Below are positions 11,132 through 20,723 of a DNA stretch of 55,636 nt, in pieces (the first letter of the stretch is position 1; the number at the start of each line of letters is the position of its first letter). The translations under genes were made by a program, and so were the position numbers. The notes under the pieces are model-generated. The model saw only the letters and a list, made by a program, of their open reading frames with translations. It did no database searches and was not told the DNA's origin. Origin of the DNA: Elusimicrobiota bacterium. GTDB lineage: Bacteria; Elusimicrobiota; Elusimicrobia; UBA1565. Location: the NCBI GenBank assembly GCA_043827405.1, contig JBDRPD010000008.1, positions 1 to 55,636 of the forward strand, in the 5' to 3' direction.

Positions 11132-11844
11132 GGAGCGCCCAGCCGCGCCATCACGATATTGTGGTCGAAGTTGGCTTCCTCGCGGGGCGGCAGTATCGGG
11201 ACATGCATGATCTTCATCGAGCGCAGCATATCGCGCGCCTCACGTCGGCGCTCCAGGCTCTGCGAATAGTAGGGGGTATAACCTTCCTCGGTATAGACCG
11301 TGCCGTACTTGCGATGCTTCACGGTTACCGCGTAGCCGCTGGCCGCGGTCTTGGGCAGGTCGACGGAATAGTTCCCGGTCGCCTGCGATTCGGCGCTAAA
11401 CACCCGCCTCGTCGCCACGTCCATAAAGGTGATGCGCGCGCCCGCGATCGGCTTAAGCGAGATCAGGTCGTAGACCTTGCCGCTGACCGCCCAAAATTTC
11501 GCCCGCCGCTCGGCCTCGGCGGCCTCCTTTTCGGCCTGCTCGTCCGTCTTCGTGCCGGCGGCCGTTTTGAGATCCTGCGCCAGGTTGCGCTCCTGCACGC
11601 GCAGCAGCTCGGCCTGCAGCGTCGCTTTTGATTCCTCGTATTGACCGGAATCCAAAAGACGCTGCACCGCGCGGGCGAGCCCGGCGAGGACCGCGGCCAG
11701 CAGCAGCAGCTTGATGATCCGCGCGGCGCTGCCGGGATGATTGTCCGGCCGGATCGTAACATCGGGAGTCAGCGGCGACGCGCAGGTGCCGCAGGTCGTG
11801 ATCTCCGGTATATTTTCCGCGCCGCAGTTCTCGCAGTTGTTCAC
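11128..11844 (-). CDS. Zinc-ribbon + TM + carboxypeptidase-regulatory-like domain protein
   Basis: CENC...CGTC, one TM helix, VSGKVYD...PIAGARITF...GNYSVDL. Confidence 0.7.
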   Translation of the reverse strand: MNNCENCGAENIPEITTCGTCASPLTPDVTIRPDNHPGSAARIIKLLLLAAVLAGLARAVQRLLDSGQYEESKATLQAELLRVQERNLAQDLKTAAGTKTDEQAEKEAAEAERRAKFWAVSGKVYDLISLKPIAGARITFMDVATRRVFSAESQATGNYSVDLPKTAASGYAVTVKHRKYGTVYTEEGYTPYYSQSLERRREARDMLRSMKIMHVPILPPREEANFDHNIVMARLGAP

Positions 11845-11866
11845 TTCGCTCTCGATCGGTACCGAT

Positions 11867-11946
11867 CGGTACCGGTTTTTAACATTAACTTTCCGCTTAC
11901 CGCCATGGACATTCTATTATAAAGTTAAAGTTAATAACCGGTACCG
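11867..11946. repeat. 26-bp inverted-repeat element, copy 1 (REPIN/MITE-like)
   Basis: Arms 11867-11892 and 11921-11946 (2 mismatches), 28-bp spacer; same arms as the copy at 25442-25520. Confidence 0.85.
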
Positions 11947-11966
11947 AAATTTATAGAATCTGGGCT

Positions 11967-13706
11967 ATGAAACTCAGCCGCTATCTCGTCCCGACGCTTC
12001 GCGAAGCTCCCGCCGACGCCGACAATATATCCGCCCAGCTCATGGTCCGCGCCGGCATGGTCCGCAAGGTCGCCGCCGGCATTTACGACTGGCTGCCGCT
12101 GGGCCTGCGCGTCCTCAAGAAAGTCGAGAATATCGTGCGCCGGGAGATGGACCGCGCCGACGGGCAGGAAGTCTGGCTGCCCGTGATCCAGCCGAAAAAG
12201 CTGTGGGAGCGCACCGGACGCTGGGGCGTTTACGGCAAGGAGCTGCTGCGCATCAAGGACCGCAAGAACGCCTGGTACTGCTTCGCCCCCACCGCCGAAG
12301 AGGTCATTACCGACCTGGTGCATCGCGAGGTGCGCTCCTGGCGCCAGCTGCCGCTGATGCTCTACCAGTTCGGTCTCAAGTTCCGCGACGAGATCCGCCC
12401 GCGCTTCGGCGTCATGCGCGCGCGCGAGTTCCTGATGAAGGACGCCTACTCATTTCACACCGACGACGAGGACGCCTCGGCCTACTACCAGACCATGCAT
12501 GAAGCGTACACGCGCGTCTTCACCCGCTGCGGCCTCAAATTCCGCAGCGTCGAGGCGCAGGCGGGCGCGATCGGCGGCAACTTCTCGCATGAGTTTATGG
12601 TCCTGGCCGAGACCGGAGAAGAGACCATCGTCTCATGCACGAAATGCGATTTCGCCGCCAATATCGAGCGCGCGGAGTGCCGGCAGGAGGAGAACTCCGG
12701 CGGCGCCGCCGAGCCCGTCGAGGAAGTCGCGACGCCGGGCAAGACGAGCGTGGCCGAAGTCGCCGCGCAGCTGCAGGCGTCGCCGCGGACTTTTCTCAAG
12801 ACCCAGCTCTACCTGGCCGACGGCCGGCCGGTCATGGCGCTGGTGCGCGGCGATCACGAGCTCAACGAGGCCAAGTTTTCGAACCTCCTCGGCGGCGCGC
12901 GGCTTGACCGCGCCAACGAGGCGCAGTACGAGGAGATCACCGGCTGTCCGGTCGGCTTCGCGGGGCCGGTCAACCTCCCGCGCTGGAAGACCCCCGACGG
13001 GAAGATGGAGCAGGTCCGCCTCTACGGCGATCTCTCGATCCAGGGGCTGGTGAATACCGTCTCCGGCGCCAACAAGAAGGATTTCCATCTCAAGAACATC
13101 AACGTCGACCGCGACTTCACGCTGGAAGCCGTCGCCGACCTCCGGCAGACCCGGCTGGAGGACCCCTGTCCGCGCTGCGGCGCCGCGACGACCTTCACCC
13201 AGGGCATCGAGGTGGGGCACATCTTCAAGCTCGGCACGAAGTACTCAAAATCCCTCGACGCCAGCTACCTGGACCAGAAACAGCAGGCGGTGCCTATGGT
13301 CATGGGATGCTACGGGATCGGCGTCTCCCGAATCGTCGCCGCGGCCATCGAGCAGGGGCACGACAAGGACGGCATCATCTGGCCGACGGCCATCGCTCCC
13401 TATGCCGTCGCCCTCGTCCCGGTCGAAGGCGACGACGCGGAAGTCGCCGCCGCCGCGCAGAGCCTCTACGACGACCTCTGGAAAGCCGGCGTCGAATGTC
13501 TCATGGACGACCGGGCCGAACGGCCCGGGATCCGGTTCAAAGACATCGACCTCATCGGCATCCCCCTGCGTCTGGTAATCAGCCGCAAGACGCTCCAGGA
13601 GAAGCAGGTGGAATTCAAGCGCCGCGGCAGCGCCGCTCCTGAACGCTGGCCCCTGGATGAGGCCGTCCGGCGCCTCACCGCCTTGACCGGCGAGGCCGCC
13701 ACTTGA
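11967..13706 (+). CDS. proS: Proline--tRNA ligase (with INS editing domain)
   Basis: PTAEE, FRDEIRPRFGVMRAREFLMKDAYSF, GIEVGHIF, MGCYGIGVSR. Confidence 0.99.
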   Translation: MKLSRYLVPTLREAPADADNISAQLMVRAGMVRKVAAGIYDWLPLGLRVLKKVENIVRREMDRADGQEVWLPVIQPKKLWERTGRWGVYGKELLRIKDRKNAWYCFAPTAEEVITDLVHREVRSWRQLPLMLYQFGLKFRDEIRPRFGVMRAREFLMKDAYSFHTDDEDASAYYQTMHEAYTRVFTRCGLKFRSVEAQAGAIGGNFSHEFMVLAETGEETIVSCTKCDFAANIERAECRQEENSGGAAEPVEEVATPGKTSVAEVAAQLQASPRTFLKTQLYLADGRPVMALVRGDHELNEAKFSNLLGGARLDRANEAQYEEITGCPVGFAGPVNLPRWKTPDGKMEQVRLYGDLSIQGLVNTVSGANKKDFHLKNINVDRDFTLEAVADLRQTRLEDPCPRCGAATTFTQGIEVGHIFKLGTKYSKSLDASYLDQKQQAVPMVMGCYGIGVSRIVAAAIEQGHDKDGIIWPTAIAPYAVALVPVEGDDAEVAAAAQSLYDDLWKAGVECLMDDRAERPGIRFKDIDLIGIPLRLVISRKTLQEKQVEFKRRGSAAPERWPLDEAVRRLTALTGEAAT

Positions 13707-13712
13707 TATAAT
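13683..13712 (+). promoter_or_regulatory. Sigma70 promoter of the rimP-nusA-infB operon
   Basis: TTGACC-18 nt-TATAAT with extended -10 TG. Confidence 0.65.
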
Positions 13713-13733
13713 AAGTGACAGACGGCTTCGGTG

Positions 13734-13762
13734 AAAGTGGCTGAAGTTTGCGCCACTTTTTT
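13734..13762 (+). promoter_or_regulatory. rimP leader hairpin/attenuator
   Basis: AAAGTGGC...GCCACTTT hairpin followed by a T tract just before rimP, the usual position of the rimP leader. Confidence 0.65.
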
Positions 13763-13768
13763 CATTTT

Positions 13769-14230
13769 ATGACAATTAATTTAAACGAGATCGAGAGCGT
13801 GGTCGCGGGCGTCCTGGCACAGGAAGCCGTAGAGCTCGTTGACCTGCGCTATCTGCGCGACGGCGGCCGCTGGGTGCTGCGCTTCTTTGTCGACAAGCAG
13901 GGCGGCGTTACCATCGACGACTGCGAGCGCGTTTCCAGGCGCCTCGGCGCCATTCTCGATGCCGCCGGGGTGATGACGCATGCCTATGCCCTGGAGGTCT
14001 CCTCGCCGGGGCTTAAGCGCATTATCAAGAAAATAGAGGATTATGAGCGCTTTTCCGGCGAGCGCGTAAAGCTCAGCGTTCACGCCGCGGTCAGCGGTCA
14101 GCGCCATTTCCGCGGCATTCTCAGAGGCGTAGAGGACGGCAAGATCCTGCTGGAGCATGACGGCGGCCTGACGCATTTCGCGCCGACGAGCATCCACGAG
14201 GCTCGTCTCGATCCGGAGATAAGGATTTAA
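13769..14230 (+). CDS. rimP: Ribosome maturation factor RimP
   Basis: GVTIDDCERVS, YALEVSSPG; synteny with nusA. Confidence 0.97.
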   Translation: MTINLNEIESVVAGVLAQEAVELVDLRYLRDGGRWVLRFFVDKQGGVTIDDCERVSRRLGAILDAAGVMTHAYALEVSSPGLKRIIKKIEDYERFSGERVKLSVHAAVSGQRHFRGILRGVEDGKILLEHDGGLTHFAPTSIHEARLDPEIRI

Positions 14231-14256
14231 TACACTATACGTTGCGGTGAGGAATT

Positions 14257-15648
14257 ATGGCCCAACAGAGTGAATTGCTGCTGGCCCTTGATCAGATAGA
14301 ACGAGAAAAGGGCGTCAAGAAAGAGGACATCCTCGAGATGATCGAGGGCGCGATCGCCAGCGCCCTGCGCAAGCATCTCGGCAGGATGGCCAATGTCATT
14401 TGCGTCATCGACCGCAGCACGGCCGAGATCACCGCCGCCGTGCGCAAGGTCGTGGTGGAGACCGTCGAGGATCCCGAGCAGGAGGTCGCGCTTACCGAGG
14501 CCGTACTCCACAAGAAAAGCATCGCGGTCGGCGAGGAGATCGATCTGCCGATCGACGCCAAGGAGTTCGCGCGCATCGCGGCGCAGACCGCCAAACAGGT
14601 GCTGATTCAGAAGATCCGTGAGATCGAGCGCGAGAATCTCTTCGAGGAGTACAAGCCCAAGGAAGGCGAGATGGTCACGGGCTCGGTCCACCGCTTCATG
14701 GACCGCAACATCATCGTCGATCTCGGCAAAGCCGAAGCGATCCTGCCGGTACGCGAACAAATCCGGCGCGAGCGCTACAACGTCGGCGACCGCATCCGCG
14801 CTGTCATCCTCAAAGTCGACAAGGCGCAGCGGGGACCGCAGGTCGTCCTGTCGCGCGCCACCCCGTCGTTTCTGAAGATGCTCTTCGAGATGGAAGTCCC
14901 GGAAATCGGCGAGAAGATCGTCGAGGTCATGGACATCGTGCGCGACCCGGGATTCCGGGCCAAAATCGTGGTGCGCTCGCACAATGAGAAAGTCGACCCC
15001 GTCGGCGCCTGCGTCGGCATCCGCGGCTCCCGCATCCGCTCGGTGATGAACGAGCTGTCCGGCGAACGGATCGACATGATCCCCTACTCGGAGGAAACGA
15101 CGACCTTTATCGCCAACGCGATCGCCCCCGGGAAGGCGAACATGGTCCGCTTGCTCGACGTCGAGCGGCGCCAGGCGGAAATCATCGTCGCCGACGACCA
15201 GCTCGCGCTCACCATCGGCCGCGAAGGGCAGAACATCCGGCTGGCCTGCAAGCTCACCGGCTGGAGCCTCGCCGTGAAGTCCGAAGGCCAGAAGCGCGAG
15301 GAAGCCGTCGTGATTCAGAAGTCGAAGATGGCGGACCTCAGCGTACTCGACGGCATCGGGCCGAAAACCGCGGAGGTCCTGATCAAGGGCGGCCTCGCCG
15401 ATGTCTACCGCCTCGCCACCTTCACGGTCGAGTATTTGACCACGATCCAGGGCATCGGCGAGAAGACGGCCGCCAAGATCATCGAGAGCGCCAAGAAATA
15501 CGCCGCGGAGAATCCGCCGCCCGCGACGGCGACGGCGAAGCCCGCCGACGCGCCGGCGCCGGAGAAGGCTGCGCCCCCGCAGAAAGAGCCCGCTGCGGCG
15601 AGCGAAGCCGTCGAAACAGCTCCAAGCACGAATACGGAGAAGGCTTAA
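14257..15648 (+). CDS. nusA: Transcription termination factor NusA
   Basis: RIAAQTAKQV, S1/KH domains, DPVGACVG, C-terminal HhH repeats (GIGPKTA, GIGEKTA). Confidence 0.99.
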   Translation: MAQQSELLLALDQIEREKGVKKEDILEMIEGAIASALRKHLGRMANVICVIDRSTAEITAAVRKVVVETVEDPEQEVALTEAVLHKKSIAVGEEIDLPIDAKEFARIAAQTAKQVLIQKIREIERENLFEEYKPKEGEMVTGSVHRFMDRNIIVDLGKAEAILPVREQIRRERYNVGDRIRAVILKVDKAQRGPQVVLSRATPSFLKMLFEMEVPEIGEKIVEVMDIVRDPGFRAKIVVRSHNEKVDPVGACVGIRGSRIRSVMNELSGERIDMIPYSEETTTFIANAIAPGKANMVRLLDVERRQAEIIVADDQLALTIGREGQNIRLACKLTGWSLAVKSEGQKREEAVVIQKSKMADLSVLDGIGPKTAEVLIKGGLADVYRLATFTVEYLTTIQGIGEKTAAKIIESAKKYAAENPPPATATAKPADAPAPEKAAPPQKEPAAASEAVETAPSTNTEKA

Positions 15649-15669
15649 CCGCCTTCTTGAGGAATATAT

Positions 15670-18099
15670 ATGCCGGTGAAGAAGAAGACAACGACTAAAA
15701 AGACGGCGAAGAAGACGGCGAAGAAAGCCGCTCCCAAAAGCGCCGGCAAAAAATCCACGGCAAAGAAGAAAGCCAAGAAGTCCGGCTCGGGAATTCGCCG
15801 CGCCCAAGCGGAGAATCGCTCGGCCCAGGAAGAAGGCTCCATCGCGCCGCCGACGACCCATCTCGTAGACGCCTTCGCCAAGTTTCGCTCGACCGCGCGC
15901 CGCGTAGCGGCCCCTGCCGTAACGCGGCTTCCGGCCGGCGGCTCGCTGCCTATACCCAAGCCGGCGCCGAAACCGCCGGAACCGGTCTCCAAGACGACGC
16001 CGGCGGTGCCGCCGACGCCGCCGCCAGCAACCGCACCGCCGCCCGCGGCCGCGCCGTTGCCGCCGGCTCCGCTTGAGCAGAAACCCGACGCCCCGGCGCC
16101 TATAGAGCCGGCGGAGAGTACGGAGCCCGAGAATCCCGCGCCTCCGGTCCCTAAAGCGACGTACAAGCTCGACGCCGCGGCGATGGCCGCCCGGCCGCGT
16201 CCGGTCGTGCCGGGGCAGCATGAGCCGTCTAAAAAGCAAAAGTCGGCGCGTCACCGGAAGCGGGCGGAGGTCAAGGCCGAGCTGGAGACCATGCCCACGG
16301 AGGCCCGAGCGAGGGCCCAGGGTGGAGCGAAGACTCCCGACCTAAAGCAGCTTAAAGTTTCCACCATGCTGACCCTGCGCGAGCTCGCCGAGAAGATGTC
16401 GATCTCGCCCAACGAGCTGATCAAGAAGCTCATGAACCAGGGCGTCTTCGCGACGATCAACCAGCGGCTCGATTCCGAGACGGCCATCCTGGTAGCGCAC
16501 GATTACGGCTACGAGCTGGACGTCGTTCCCATGCACATGGAAGAGGAAATCGCCGACGTGACGGAGGAAAAGGAGAAGCCGGAAAACCTCAAGCCGCGCC
16601 CTTGCGTCGTCACGGTCATGGGCCATGTCGATCACGGCAAGACCAAGCTCCTGGACGCCATCCGCAAAACCAATGTCGTCGCCGGAGAATCCGGCGGCAT
16701 CACGCAGCATATCGGCGCCTACCGGGTCGGCACCCCCAACGGGGACATCACCTTCCTCGACACGCCGGGCCACGCGGCTTTTACCGCGATGCGCTCACGC
16801 GGTACGAAAGTGACGGACCTCGTCATCCTGGTCGTATCCGCCGTCGACGGCGTTATGCCGCAGACGGTGGAGGCGCTCGATCACGCCAAGGAAGCCGGAG
16901 TCCCCATCATCGTCGCGGTCAACAAGATTGACCTGCCCGGGGCCAATCCGCAGAAGATTCGCACCGAGCTGGCCACCCGCGGCTTGAATCCAGAGGAGTG
17001 GGGCGGCGACACGGTCTATGTCGATATCTCCGCCAAGCAGGTCCTGAACATCGACAAGCTCCTCGAAACGATCCTACTGCAGGCCGAGATGCTCGAGCTT
17101 AAAGCCAACCCGGACCGCGCGGCCGCCGGCGCGGTGATCGAGGCGCGCATGGAGAAGAATGCCGGCACCATCGCGACCGTCCTCATCCAGAAGGGGACGG
17201 TAAAAATCGGCGACCCGTTCGTCATGGGACTCGCCGGCGGCAAGGTGAAGGCGCTGGTCAACGATCAGGGCGAGCGCATCAAAAGCGCGGGGCCGTCGAC
17301 ACCGGTCGAGATCCTCGGCATCACGGGCAACATCCCGCAGGCCGGCGACGGCTTTTCCGTCGTCGCAAGCGAGCGCATGGCCAAGGAAATCATCGCCAAC
17401 CGCAACCGCGTCCACCGCGAGGAAGCGCTGGCGCACAAGCATCATGTTTCGCTGCTGAATATCAGCGCCGGCATTGAGAAGGAGCTTCCGGTCATCATCA
17501 AAGCCGATGTCCAGGGTTCCGCCGAGGTGCTCAAGGATTCGCTGGAGAAGATGTCCACCGACGAGATCAAGGTCCGCGTCATCCACGCGGGGCTCGGCAA
17601 CGCCAACGAATCGGATGTGCTGCTGGCGGAGGCGTCCAATGCCGTCATCCTGCTCTTCCACGTCAGCGCGGACACCCGCGCCAAAGAGACGGCGGAGAAG
17701 AGCGGCGTGGAGATGCGGAGCTACGAGATTCTTTACGAGCTGACCGCGGACGTCCGGGCCGCGCTCGAGGGACTCCTGGAGCCGGAAGAGATTGAAGTAA
17801 GCATCGGCAAAGTCGAGGTGCGTCAGGAGTTCAAAATCCGGGGCGCCAAGGTCGCCGGCTCTTTCGTCGTCGCGGGCAAGGTGGTGCGCGGCGCGCATGT
17901 CAAAGTCCTGCGCGACGGCGACGTAATCGGCGAATCGCGCATCGAGACGCTCAAGCGTTTCAAGGACGACGCCAAAGAAGTGGAAAAGGACCACGAATGC
18001 GGCATCGCCCTCGCGGCCTTCCACGAGTGGAAGCCCGGCGACCTCTTCGAAATCTACACCAAAGAGATGCGGACGCGGCGCCTGCAAACCACGACTTAA
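15670..18099 (+). CDS. infB: Translation initiation factor IF-2
   Basis: [27 protein letters not shown]; Lys/Ala- then Pro-rich N-terminus. Confidence 0.99.
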   Translation: MPVKKKTTTKKTAKKTAKKAAPKSAGKKSTAKKKAKKSGSGIRRAQAENRSAQEEGSIAPPTTHLVDAFAKFRSTARRVAAPAVTRLPAGGSLPIPKPAPKPPEPVSKTTPAVPPTPPPATAPPPAAAPLPPAPLEQKPDAPAPIEPAESTEPENPAPPVPKATYKLDAAAMAARPRPVVPGQHEPSKKQKSARHRKRAEVKAELETMPTEARARAQGGAKTPDLKQLKVSTMLTLRELAEKMSISPNELIKKLMNQGVFATINQRLDSETAILVAHDYGYELDVVPMHMEEEIADVTEEKEKPENLKPRPCVVTVMGHVDHGKTKLLDAIRKTNVVAGESGGITQHIGAYRVGTPNGDITFLDTPGHAAFTAMRSRGTKVTDLVILVVSAVDGVMPQTVEALDHAKEAGVPIIVAVNKIDLPGANPQKIRTELATRGLNPEEWGGDTVYVDISAKQVLNIDKLLETILLQAEMLELKANPDRAAAGAVIEARMEKNAGTIATVLIQKGTVKIGDPFVMGLAGGKVKALVNDQGERIKSAGPSTPVEILGITGNIPQAGDGFSVVASERMAKEIIANRNRVHREEALAHKHHVSLLNISAGIEKELPVIIKADVQGSAEVLKDSLEKMSTDEIKVRVIHAGLGNANESDVLLAEASNAVILLFHVSADTRAKETAEKSGVEMRSYEILYELTADVRAALEGLLEPEEIEVSIGKVEVRQEFKIRGAKVAGSFVVAGKVVRGAHVKVLRDGDVIGESRIETLKRFKDDAKEVEKDHECGIALAAFHEWKPGDLFEIYTKEMRTRRLQTTT

Positions 18100-18108
18100 T
18101 TACCGGCC

Positions 18109-18573
18109 ATGACCATCGGCAAGCCCTCCTACAAGCGCAGCGTGCGCCTGCGTGAGCTGTTCATGCAGCAGATATCGCTGGCGCTGCAGGAAATCAAGGA
18201 CCCGGGCCTCAGCGGGCTGCTGACCGTTACCGACCTGCAGCTGTCGTCCGACATGAAGACGGCGCGCGTCTACTACTCGCTGCTGGGCAACGCCCGGGAC
18301 CGTGAGTCGACGCAGCAGGCGCTCGACCGCTCCGTCGGCTACCTGCGGCGCCAGGTGCTCGGCAAGCTGCGTTTAAAAAGGATCCCCGGGCTCATCTTCA
18401 TTTTCGATGATACGCCCGAGCATGCGCAGCAGATCGAAAACACCCTCAACCGCATCCGCGCCGAAAGCGGTGATGCCGTGCTGGAACCGCCCCCCACCGA
18501 GGTGCTCAATCGCCTCGCGTCGCGTCCCCGCAAGCGGGGCCGCCGCCCCAAGTCGGCCGCCGATGACGGCTAA
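18109..18573 (+). CDS. rbfA: Ribosome-binding factor A
   Basis: IKDP...VTDLQLSSDMKTARVY...LRLKRIPGLIFIFD; synteny. Confidence 0.96.
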   Translation: MTIGKPSYKRSVRLRELFMQQISLALQEIKDPGLSGLLTVTDLQLSSDMKTARVYYSLLGNARDRESTQQALDRSVGYLRRQVLGKLRLKRIPGLIFIFDDTPEHAQQIENTLNRIRAESGDAVLEPPPTEVLNRLASRPRKRGRRPKSAADDG

Positions 18574-19285
18574 GGCGGAAGGCCTGCTCCTAGTCGACAA
18601 GCCGCGAGGCTGGACGTCGCACGATGTCGTCGCGGTCGTCAGGAAGCTGCTCCCGCGCGATACCAAGGTCGGCCATTCGGGAACGCTGGACCCCCTGGCC
18701 ACCGGCCTGCTCGTGCTGCTGGTCGGCCGGGCGACCAAAAGCGCGGCGCGGCTGCAGGGGCTGGCGAAAGTCTACAGCGGACACCTGCGCTTCGGCATAG
18801 AAACCGAGACGCTGGACCTGGAAGGCCGCATCCTGCACGAAGCTCCGGTCCCGGAGCTGCCGCGGGAGGACCTGCAGAAGCTCTTCGCGGGGTACGTGGG
18901 TGAATGCGAGCTTCCCATCCCGGCTTACTCCGCGGTCAAGCACCAGGGACGCCCCTTGTACAAATACGCCCGTAAAGGCATCGTCACGCCGCCGAAAATC
19001 CGCACGTCGGTCATTCATGACCTGACGCTCCTGGACTGGACCCCCCCCGAAGCGTCTTTCCGCATGCGCTGCTCGAGCGGAACCTATGTGCGCGCCTTCG
19101 CCTCCGACGCCGGAAAAAAGATCGGATGCGGCGCGGTTCTCAGCTCCCTGTGCCGGGAGTCCGTCGGCGCCTTCACGCTCGCCGGCAGCCGGACCATCGA
19201 GCAGCTGCGCACGGCCGGAAAGGACGGCCCGGACGGCGTGCTCAACATGCTGCAGGCGCTGGAACCGGCGGCGGCCAATGCCTAA
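18563..19285 (+). CDS. truB: tRNA pseudouridine(55) synthase
   Basis: DKPRGWTSHDVV, GHSGTLDPLATG, YSAVK, SSGTYVR. Confidence 0.98.
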   Translation: MTAKAEGLLLVDKPRGWTSHDVVAVVRKLLPRDTKVGHSGTLDPLATGLLVLLVGRATKSAARLQGLAKVYSGHLRFGIETETLDLEGRILHEAPVPELPREDLQKLFAGYVGECELPIPAYSAVKHQGRPLYKYARKGIVTPPKIRTSVIHDLTLLDWTPPEASFRMRCSSGTYVRAFASDAGKKIGCGAVLSSLCRESVGAFTLAGSRTIEQLRTAGKDGPDGVLNMLQALEPAAANA

Positions 19286-20168
19286 AAACCGCTATCTCGT
19301 CACCATCGGCACTTTCGACGGCGTCCACCGCGGCCACCAGAAGCTTCTGTCGTGGGTCATCGCCCGCGCCAAGAAGCTCAAGCTGAAGACCCGGGTCGTC
19401 TTTTTCGTCGCTCCGCCGCGCTTTTTCTTCAAGCCGGAAATGACCGTCCCGACGCTCACCGCGAGCAAAGACCGCCGAAAGTTCATCCGCTCGCTGGGGA
19501 TCGACCGCGTCGAGATGCTGCGCTTCGGGCCGCGCTGGGCCGCGATGCCCCATACGCGGTTTTTTGCGGATTATATTATCGGGCGCTGGAAGGCCGGCGG
19601 CCTGCTGGTCGGCCGCGATTTCGCCTTCGGCAAGGGACGCAAAGGCGGCCCGGACTACCTCAAGGCCGCCTGCGCGCAGCACGGCCTGCACCTGGGCATC
19701 CTGCCGCTGATGCGCGTCGACGGCCGCAAGATTTCCTCCTCCGGCATCCGCGGCCTGCTGCTCAAGGGGCACGTCAAGGACGCGGCCAAGCTGCTGGGCC
19801 GCGACTACGCCGTAACCGGCCGCGTAGTCCGCGGGCAAGGCCTGGGCCGCAAGATCGACGTCCCTACCGCCAACCTGAATCTTTCGCGGGAGCTGCTGGT
19901 GCCGGCGGGCGTATTCGCCGTGCGCGTGCACGGACGGGCGCTCAAGCGCGCCATGCGGGCGGTCTGCAACGTCGGCTTTCGACCGACCCTGAACGGCCGG
20001 CTGAAGCACCCCAAAGTTGAGGTGCATATTCCCGGCTGGACGGGCAGCCTCTACGGCCGCCGGCTCACCGTGGAGTTCCTCCGCCGCCTGCGTCCCGAGC
20101 GCAAGTTCCCCTCCCTCGAGGCGCTGCGCCGCGCCATCCAGCGCGACATCGCCGCCGCCAAAGCCTGA
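19278..20168 (+). CDS. ribF: Bifunctional riboflavin kinase/FAD synthetase
   Basis: IGTFDGVHRGH, ISSSGIR, PTANL, RLRPERKF. Confidence 0.98.
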   Translation: MPKNRYLVTIGTFDGVHRGHQKLLSWVIARAKKLKLKTRVVFFVAPPRFFFKPEMTVPTLTASKDRRKFIRSLGIDRVEMLRFGPRWAAMPHTRFFADYIIGRWKAGGLLVGRDFAFGKGRKGGPDYLKAACAQHGLHLGILPLMRVDGRKISSSGIRGLLLKGHVKDAAKLLGRDYAVTGRVVRGQGLGRKIDVPTANLNLSRELLVPAGVFAVRVHGRALKRAMRAVCNVGFRPTLNGRLKHPKVEVHIPGWTGSLYGRRLTVEFLRRLRPERKFPSLEALRRAIQRDIAAAKA

Positions 20169-20201
20169 CCGCTTAACGGCAACGACAGACGAACGACGCC
20201 G

Positions 20202-20261
20202 CTACGTCTTGATCTTAAAGGCGGGCTTCATCATCTCTTTTTGCACCGGCTTCTTACTCAT
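20202..20261 (-). pseudogene. Possible truncated 5' remnant of a HipA-type toxin gene
   Basis: ORF MSKKPVQKEMMKPAFKIKT* overlapping the XRE stop, in the position where hipA normally starts. Confidence 0.3.
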
Positions 20262-20589
20262 TTACGTCCTCGGTTTTCATCTTTTTGGGCGCTCTTCCTC
20301 CAACCAGTAAATCCGCGTCTTGGATTTTCCTCCCAAGACGATCATCCTGGGCCAATTTGAGGAAGTCCTTCTCAAGCCCCAATACAAACATCACCTGCAT
20401 ATAGGCTCCAATAGCTACGCGCGGAGAGCCTTTTTCCAACTGCCAAAGAGTCGGCCTGCTTAAATTTGCCCTATCGGCGACCTGGGCCATCGTTAGCTTT
20501 CTGCGCAGCCTTGCCAGCTTGATATTCTCCCCGAGCTCGGATAATACTCTTCTGGCCTTAGGCAGCAAATGGCGTTTTATTCTCCCCAT
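20254..20589 (-). CDS. XRE/HipB-like helix-turn-helix regulator
   Basis: LGENIKLARLRRKLTMAQVADRANLSRPTLWQLEKG...DDRLGRKIQD. Confidence 0.88.
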   Translation of the reverse strand: MGRIKRHLLPKARRVLSELGENIKLARLRRKLTMAQVADRANLSRPTLWQLEKGSPRVAIGAYMQVMFVLGLEKDFLKLAQDDRLGRKIQDADLLVGGRAPKKMKTEDVNE

Positions 20590-20592
20590 ATC

Positions 20593-20639
20593 GTTAAATA
20601 GTATTAACATATAAGGAGTTTCTGTCAATAGTATTTAAC
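20593..20639. promoter_or_regulatory. Inverted-repeat operator overlapping a TTGACA -35 of the XRE gene
   Basis: GTTAAATAGTATTAACA (20593-20609) / TGTCAATAGTATTTAAC (20623-20639), 15/17 inverted match. Confidence 0.6.
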
Positions 20640-20723
20640 CTTTATGAAATCAATACACTTTCCTGGAGCTTGCAGATTCGCCTGCGTCCCGAGCGCGGAG
20701 GAGAGGCAAGCACCGGCGCTGCT

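Larger units (their letters stand above)
20085..20696. mobile_element. Small insertion remnant bounded by an 18-bp direct repeat
   Basis: CGCCTGCGTCCCGAGCGC at 20085-20102 (inside ribF) and 20679-20696; interior is AT-rich and carries an XRE gene. Confidence 0.6.

Noticed and set aside
14227..16254. Long antisense ORFs such as 14227..16254, 2035..3321, 25351..27012, 38511..39854
   Set aside because: Shadow ORFs opposite well-supported genes, expected from high GC3 codon bias; no recognisable motifs
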